From positions 4,823 through 68,822 of the forward strand of contig DASTPE010000082.1 of assembly GCA_035762345.1 (NCBI GenBank): a stretch of DNA of 64,000 bases. Direction: 5' to 3'. The notes under the pieces were generated by a model. That model saw only the letters and a program-made list of their open reading frames with translations. It did no database searches and had not been told where the DNA came from. The DNA is from Burkholderiales bacterium (GTDB lineage: Bacteria > Pseudomonadota > Gammaproteobacteria > Burkholderiales > SG8-39). The position numbers were made by a program, and so were the translations under genes. Of this stretch, positions 59,510 through 64,000 are shown piece after piece; within the stretch, counting starts at the first letter, position 1; the number at the start of each line of letters is the position of its first letter.

Positions 59510-60318
59510 TTCCGCGCGCCCACGAGCAGAACCCAGCCTTCGTCGCGGCTCGAGATGTGCATATCGAACCGTGCGGCGTACGCTTGCGCCACCTCCGCCG
59601 CCTGCGTCTCCAGGATTCCGGATAGCGCGACGCGGGCGCTACGCTGCGCAAAGAGCGGTTCGAGTTCGATCAGCGGCTGGGCGAGGATGTTGGCCACGAT
59701 GACATCGTAATCGACTGCGCTCAGCGCGTCGGGTAGCGCTGCCGTCAGCGCGACCGCATTGGCGAGCGCATTGGCGCGCGTCGTCTCTACTGCCCGGGGG
59801 TCGAGATCCACGGCGTCGACCTGCCTTGCGCCGAGCTTGGCGGCGGCGATGGCCAATATGCCCGTGCCGCAGCCATAGTCGAGGACGCGCTCGCCACCGC
59901 GGATGGTTTCCTCGAGAAAGGCGAGAGCCAGCCTCGTGCTTGAGTGGCTGCCGGTGCCGAAGGCAAGACCCGGGTCGATGCGCACGGCAATCCGGTTCGG
60001 TGGTGGCCGGTGCCAGCTCGCCCCGACCCACAGGCGCTCGCCAACCTCGAGCGGCGCGAACTGCGCTTGGCTCGCCTGCACCCAGTCCCGTTCCGCGATC
60101 GCTTCGCTGTCGAACGCCGGCACGGCGATGCCTACGGCGCGCGCCGCGGACGCCACCACTGCCTCAGGTTCGCTGCCCGGAGCGAGCAGCACCGCAAGCG
60201 TTTGCAGCTCGGCGCCTTCGAGGGCAACCGACTGCGCGCCCGCCTCGAGCAGCGCATCGCTGAACGCCTCGGCCAGTGCGCGCTCGCCGCGCAGCGTGAG
60301 CGCGACCCAGGACCTCAC
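59506..60318 (-). CDS. prmA: Ribosomal protein L11 methyltransferase
   Basis: 270 aa. Contains [12 protein letters not shown] and the SAM motif [19 protein letters not shown] overlap with the accC stop. Confidence 0.9.
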   Translation of the reverse strand: MRSWVALTLRGERALAEAFSDALLEAGAQSVALEGAELQTLAVLLAPGSEPEAVVASAARAVGIAVPAFDSEAIAERDWVQASQAQFAPLEVGERLWVGASWHRPPPNRIAVRIDPGLAFGTGSHSSTRLALAFLEETIRGGERVLDYGCGTGILAIAAAKLGARQVDAVDLDPRAVETTRANALANAVALTAALPDALSAVDYDVIVANILAQPLIELEPLFAQRSARVALSGILETQAAEVAQAYAARFDMHISSRDEGWVLLVGARK

Positions 60319-61673
60319 TTGCGCTTCTTTTCCTCCTGCGCGAGCTTCTGCTCCAGGTAGTGGATCGAAACGCCCCCGCGAAGCACGCGCGTGTCATTGA
60401 GCAGCCCGCGGTGCAGCTCGATGTTCGTCTGGATGCCCTCAACGACCATTTCTGAAAGCGCGATGCGCATGCGGCCGAGCGCCTGTTCGCGGGTCGCGCC
60501 GAAGGCGATGACCTTGCCGACCATGGAGTCGTAATTCGGCGGCACCGTATAACCCTGGTAGACGTGGGAATCAACGCGGATGCCGGGCCCCCCGGGCGGA
60601 TGGTAGGAAGTAATCCGGCCCGGCGAGGGCGTGAAGCGGTAAGGGTCCTCGGCATTGATGCGGCATTCGATGGCGTGGCCGCGGATCTGCACGTCCTTCT
60701 GGCGCAGCCGCAGCTTCTCCCCCGCCGCGACGTAGATTTGTTCCTGGACGAGGTCCACCCCGGTGATCATCTCGGTCACCGGATGCTCAACCTGGATGCG
60801 GGTATTCATCTCGATGAAGTAAAACTCGCCGTCCTCGTAAAGGAACTCGAACGTTCCGGCGCCGCGGTAGCCGATCCTGCGGCAGGCGTCGACGCAGCGC
60901 TCGCCGATCTTGTCGCGCAGCTTGGTCGGCAGCTCGGGGGCGGGAGCCTCCTCCAGCACCTTCTGGTGGCGCCGCTGCAGCGAGCAGTCGCGCTCGCCCA
61001 GATGCACTGCGTTCTTGTGCGCGTCGGCAAGAATCTGGATCTCGATGTGCCGCGGCTGTTCGAGGTAGCGCTCGAGATAGACCGTGGGATTGGCAAACGC
61101 AGCTTGCGCTTCGCTGCGCGTCATGTTGACTGCGTTGAGCAGCGCCGCCTCGGTGTGCACGACGCGCATGCCGCGTCCACCGCCGCCGCCGGCGGCCTTG
61201 ATGATTACGGGATAGCCGATCTTACGGGCAACGCGCACGATTTCCTTGGGATCGTCGGGCAGCGCGCCCTCGGAGCCTGGCACCGTGGGGATCCCCGCCT
61301 TGACCATCGCAGCTTTGGCGCTCACCTTATCGCCCATCAGGCGGATGTTCTCGGGCCGCGGGCCTATGAACACGAAGCCCGAACGTTCGACCTTTTCGGC
61401 GAAGTCGGCGTTCTCGGCGAGAAAGCCGTAGCCGGGATGGATCGCCTCGGCATCGGTGACCTCGGCAGCGCTGATGATCGCGGGAATGTTGAGGTAGCTT
61501 GCAGCCGCCGGGGGTGGGCCGATGCACACCGACTCGTCGGCAAGCTTCACGTACTTCGCCTCGGTGTCGGCTTCCGAGTGCACCACTACCGTACGGATAC
61601 CGAGCTCGCGGCAGGCGCGCTGGATACGCAGCGCGATCTCGCCCCGGTTGGCGATGAGAATCTTTTCGAACAT
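60315..61673 (-). CDS. accC: Acetyl-CoA carboxylase biotin carboxylase subunit
   Basis: 452 aa. Starts [17 protein letters not shown], followed by the ATP-grasp core. Confidence 0.97.
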   Translation of the reverse strand: MFEKILIANRGEIALRIQRACRELGIRTVVVHSEADTEAKYVKLADESVCIGPPPAAASYLNIPAIISAAEVTDAEAIHPGYGFLAENADFAEKVERSGFVFIGPRPENIRLMGDKVSAKAAMVKAGIPTVPGSEGALPDDPKEIVRVARKIGYPVIIKAAGGGGGRGMRVVHTEAALLNAVNMTRSEAQAAFANPTVYLERYLEQPRHIEIQILADAHKNAVHLGERDCSLQRRHQKVLEEAPAPELPTKLRDKIGERCVDACRRIGYRGAGTFEFLYEDGEFYFIEMNTRIQVEHPVTEMITGVDLVQEQIYVAAGEKLRLRQKDVQIRGHAIECRINAEDPYRFTPSPGRITSYHPPGGPGIRVDSHVYQGYTVPPNYDSMVGKVIAFGATREQALGRMRIALSEMVVEGIQTNIELHRGLLNDTRVLRGGVSIHYLEQKLAQEEKKRK

Positions 61674-62138
61674 CTAGCCCAGGATGAACAGCGGCTGGCC
61701 GTATTCGACCGGCTGGCCGTTCTCGACGAGGATGGCTTTGACAACGCCCGAGGCGTCCGCCTCGATTTCGTTCATAAGCTTCATCGCTTCGATGATGCAG
61801 ATCGTGTCGCCCTCCTTCACCGCCTGGCCAACTTCGATAAAGGGCTTAGCGTCAGGCGAGGGCGAGCGGTAAAAGGTGCCCACCATGGGAGCCTTCACCA
61901 CGTGTCCTTCCTGCCCCGGTTCGGGCTCGGCGGCGGGCGCGGGTACTGCGGCAGCAGCGACGGGGGCAACCGATCCCGCGGGCGGCGGGCTGGTCATGCC
62001 TGCAGGGGAAGTGCCGGTAACTACGACGGCCCCTCCTTTCACAATCTTGACCTTTTCCTCGCCCTCTGTGATTTCGAGCTCGGCGATGCCCGACTCCTGC
62101 ACGAGATCAATCAGCTTTTTCAGCTTGCGCAGGTCCAT
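61674..62138 (-). CDS. accB: Biotin carboxyl carrier protein
   Basis: ATG at 62136-62138, 5 nt after SD GAGGAG (the track start is a GTG one codon upstream). Pro/Ala linker and biotinylation motif [10 protein letters not shown]. Confidence 0.95.
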   Translation of the reverse strand: MDLRKLKKLIDLVQESGIAELEITEGEEKVKIVKGGAVVVTGTSPAGMTSPPPAGSVAPVAAAAVPAPAAEPEPGQEGHVVKAPMVGTFYRSPSPDAKPFIEVGQAVKEGDTICIIEAMKLMNEIEADASGVVKAILVENGQPVEYGQPLFILG

Positions 62139-62401
62139 CACTGCTCCTCAAGGATCGGTGGGGACGACTAGAAGCTGGCTTTTTCGGCGTTGTTCGCCGT
62201 AGAACGCGGCATTTTATCTAGGCAAGCTTGCCGACACCTGTCGTGGTCTGGCGTCAGCAAAACATCTTGCGTGAGAGCGGCAGCGAAGAACTGCATGTCG
62301 TACTGCGTGTCGTGCCGCGCTCGAGAAGGAAGTCTTGGCTTCAGAGCAATTAGCAGACGATGGAGTATTTTGGCGCCATTATAACGATAGATCGGCGCTC
62401 T

Positions 62402-63010
62402 TTAAGAGCTATTAGGAGAATGATGCGGTGCGTCATCGCTTTCACGCATTAGCGCCGCCACTTCGGTGATGTTAGCGCGCTCCATCACGCGCCCGGCTTG
62501 CGAAGTCTTGAGCGCCAAGCGCTCGTCCCGCGGGTCGAAAACCGAGAGCTTTAGGGGTGCGCCCTGCCAAGCGAGAGAGAACACGCCCATGGTATGCGCG
62601 CGCTCGCCGGAGAAGCGTCGGCCTTCGTGCGTCGCATACGGAATACGGCGCTCGAGGAGGAAGATCTCGACCTCCTTCGCGCTTTCCGGGAAGAGCTGCA
62701 GTTCGATTTCCGCGTAGCGCCCAGCCGTTCCCTTCAGCACCGGCCCGGTGAGATAGGGATGGAAGCGCTGAAGGGCGCGCATCGCGTCGAGCGCGATACG
62801 CCGAATCTCCGCGATGCGTAGCGAGTGCTCTTCCCGCTGATAGAGCGCTCGGTAGGCGCGCAGCTCCGCTTCGACCTCGTCGTTCGCCGGCAGCGCCTCG
62901 GTCTCGGCCGCGCCCAGTTGGCGCGCCGCCTTGCGCTTGGCAAGCGCAAAATCATCGATGCCGTCTTCTGCCATGATGCGCGCGGCGGTTGCCGCGATGC
63001 GCGCGCGCAT
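62402..63010 (-). CDS. Conserved hypothetical protein (start uncertain: ATG 63010, GTG 63040 or TTG 63052)
   Basis: Clear coding-like ORF divergent from mpl. No family recognised. Contains a possible nucleotidyltransferase-like G-x11-E-I-E segment (TGPVLKGTAGRYAEIELQLF). Confidence 0.5.
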   Translation of the reverse strand: MRARIAATAARIMAEDGIDDFALAKRKAARQLGAAETEALPANDEVEAELRAYRALYQREEHSLRIAEIRRIALDAMRALQRFHPYLTGPVLKGTAGRYAEIELQLFPESAKEVEIFLLERRIPYATHEGRRFSGERAHTMGVFSLAWQGAPLKLSVFDPRDERLALKTSQAGRVMERANITEVAALMRESDDAPHHSPNSS

Positions 63011-63072
63011 CGCGGTCTGGCGAGTGCCTTTGCGGCCCACGCCCGGATTCAATCATAGAATCTCGTCGCTTC

Positions 63073-64000
63073 ATGGCGGCGCATCTCCATATCCTCGGCA
63101 TTTGCGGAACCTTCATGGGCGGGATCGCCGCGATCGCCAAGGCTGCGGGCTACCGCGTGACCGGCTGCGACGCCAATGTGTACCCCCCGATGAGCGATCA
63201 GCTGCGCGCGCTGGGCATTGAGCTCACCGAGGGTTTCGGCGCCGAGCAGTTGGGCCTACGGCCGGATGTCTGGGTTGTCGGCAACGTGGTAACGCGCGGC
63301 AATCCCCTAATGGAGGCGATTCTCGATGCCGGCAGCCGTTACGTCTCGGGACCCCAATGGTTTGCCGAGGAAGTCTTGACTGGAAAGCATGTACTCGCTA
63401 TTGCCGGCACCCACGGAAAGACGACGGTTTCGGCGATGCTTGCGTGGGTCCTGGAGCGGGCCGGGCAGGCCCCGGGTTTTTTGATCGGAGGGGTGCCAAG
63501 CGACTTCCCCGTTTCTGCCCGTCTCACACCGTCTCGGCTCTTCGTTATTGAGGCGGACGAATACGATACGGCCTTCTTCGACAAGCGGTCGAAGTTCGTG
63601 CACGACCGTCCGCGAACCGCTGTCTTAAACAATATCGAGCTCGATCATGCGGACATCTTCGACGATTTGTCATCGATTGAGCGCCAATTTCACCACTTCG
63701 TGCGCACCATCCCACGCTCGGGCAGAATCATTGCCAACGGGTCCGACGAAAGCGTGAAGCGAGTACTCACCCTTGGCTGCTGGACGCCTATCGAGACATT
63801 CGGCGTGCCGGAGGGCTGGCAGGCGGGGAACGCAGACGCTGACGGAGCCTTCGAAGTCGCCTTCGCCGGATCCTCGGTTGGCCGGGTCCGTTGGTCGTTG
63901 TTCGGCGCCCATAACAGAATGAACGCGCTGGCGACGCTTGCTGCCGCGCGACATGTCGGGGCTGACCCCATAGCAGCCATTGAGGCGCTTGGCTCCTTTG
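63073..64000 (+). CDS. mpl: UDP-N-acetylmuramate:L-Ala-gamma-D-Glu-meso-DAP ligase (3' end outside window)
   Basis: Hand translation gives MAAHLHILGICGTFMGGIAAIAKAAGYRVTGCDANVYPPMS... and GTHGKTT. The frame stays open to the window edge, so it is absent from the ORF track. Confidence 0.85.
   Translation, partial: MAAHLHILGICGTFMGGIAAIAKAAGYRVTGCDANVYPPMSDQLRALGIELTEGFGAEQLGLRPDVWVVGNVVTRGNPLMEAILDAGSRYVSGPQWFAEEVLTGKHVLAIAGTHGKTTVSAMLAWVLERAGQAPGFLIGGVPSDFPVSARLTPSRLFVIEADEYDTAFFDKRSKFVHDRPRTAVLNNIELDHADIFDDLSSIERQFHHFVRTIPRSGRIIANGSDESVKRVLTLGCWTPIETFGVPEGWQAGNADADGAFEVAFAGSSVGRVRWSLFGAHNRMNALATLAAARHVGADPIAAIEALGSF

Noticed and set aside
62190-62384. 64-aa plus-strand ORF in the accB upstream spacer
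   Set aside because: The product is Cys/Ser/Arg-rich with no SD and no family. The region is better explained as the accB promoter and leader.

Overview
This is a GC-rich chromosomal region next to the replication origin of a proteobacterium (about two-thirds G+C by eye, not computed). Gene order suggests a betaproteobacterium; that is an inference from synteny only. The blocks behind it are rpmH-rnpA-yidD-yidC-mnmE, mnmG-rsmG-parA-parB-atpIBEFHAGDC, dnaA-dnaN-gyrB, LysM-dprA-smg-topB, def-fmt-rsmB-DUF4390-ntrYX, torF-glnK-amtB and accBC-prmA-DUF3426.

About 60 protein genes are packed almost without gaps. I counted 14 four-nucleotide ATGA/GTGA/TTGA stop/start overlaps. Other content includes two DppBC-like ABC permeases, a CoA-transferase, a response regulator / histidine kinase / glpD / HAD operon, pckG, metH, a pcaHGB + maiA + FAH aromatic-catabolism operon with divergent marR, ubiK-comM, apaH-HIT, a PfkB kinase and a partial mpl. 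Two short genes missing from the ORF track were found by hand: rpmH (24768..24908) and ribosomal protein Thx (42125..42223).

Supported non-coding elements:
- two parS sites upstream of mnmG
- a perfect DnaA box in the dnaA promoter
- a cluster of degenerate DnaA boxes plus an AT-rich tract between dnaA and dnaN (candidate oriC)
- a sigma-54 promoter with an NtrC palindrome upstream of torF-glnK-amtB
- a few hairpins

I saw no rRNA, tRNA, CRISPR array, transposase, integrase, phage or recognisable defence genes. I did not find a convincing self-contained novel multi-gene system.

The most unusual observations:
- Three conserved genes (rnpA, fmt, pcaB) have conserved N-termini that lie upstream of any ATG/GTG/TTG. 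Each has an in-frame CTG at the expected position, just after an upstream ORF.
- An EF-hand ORF sits in frame behind the TGA stop of a HAD phosphatase.
- ATP synthase alpha and beta both carry low-complexity C-terminal tails.
- The NtrX-like regulator has a degenerate AAA+ core.
- Terminator-like hairpins sit in the leaders of metH and pckG.
- The aromatic operon mixes modules from different pathways.

All homology calls come from recognising motifs by eye; no searches were run.
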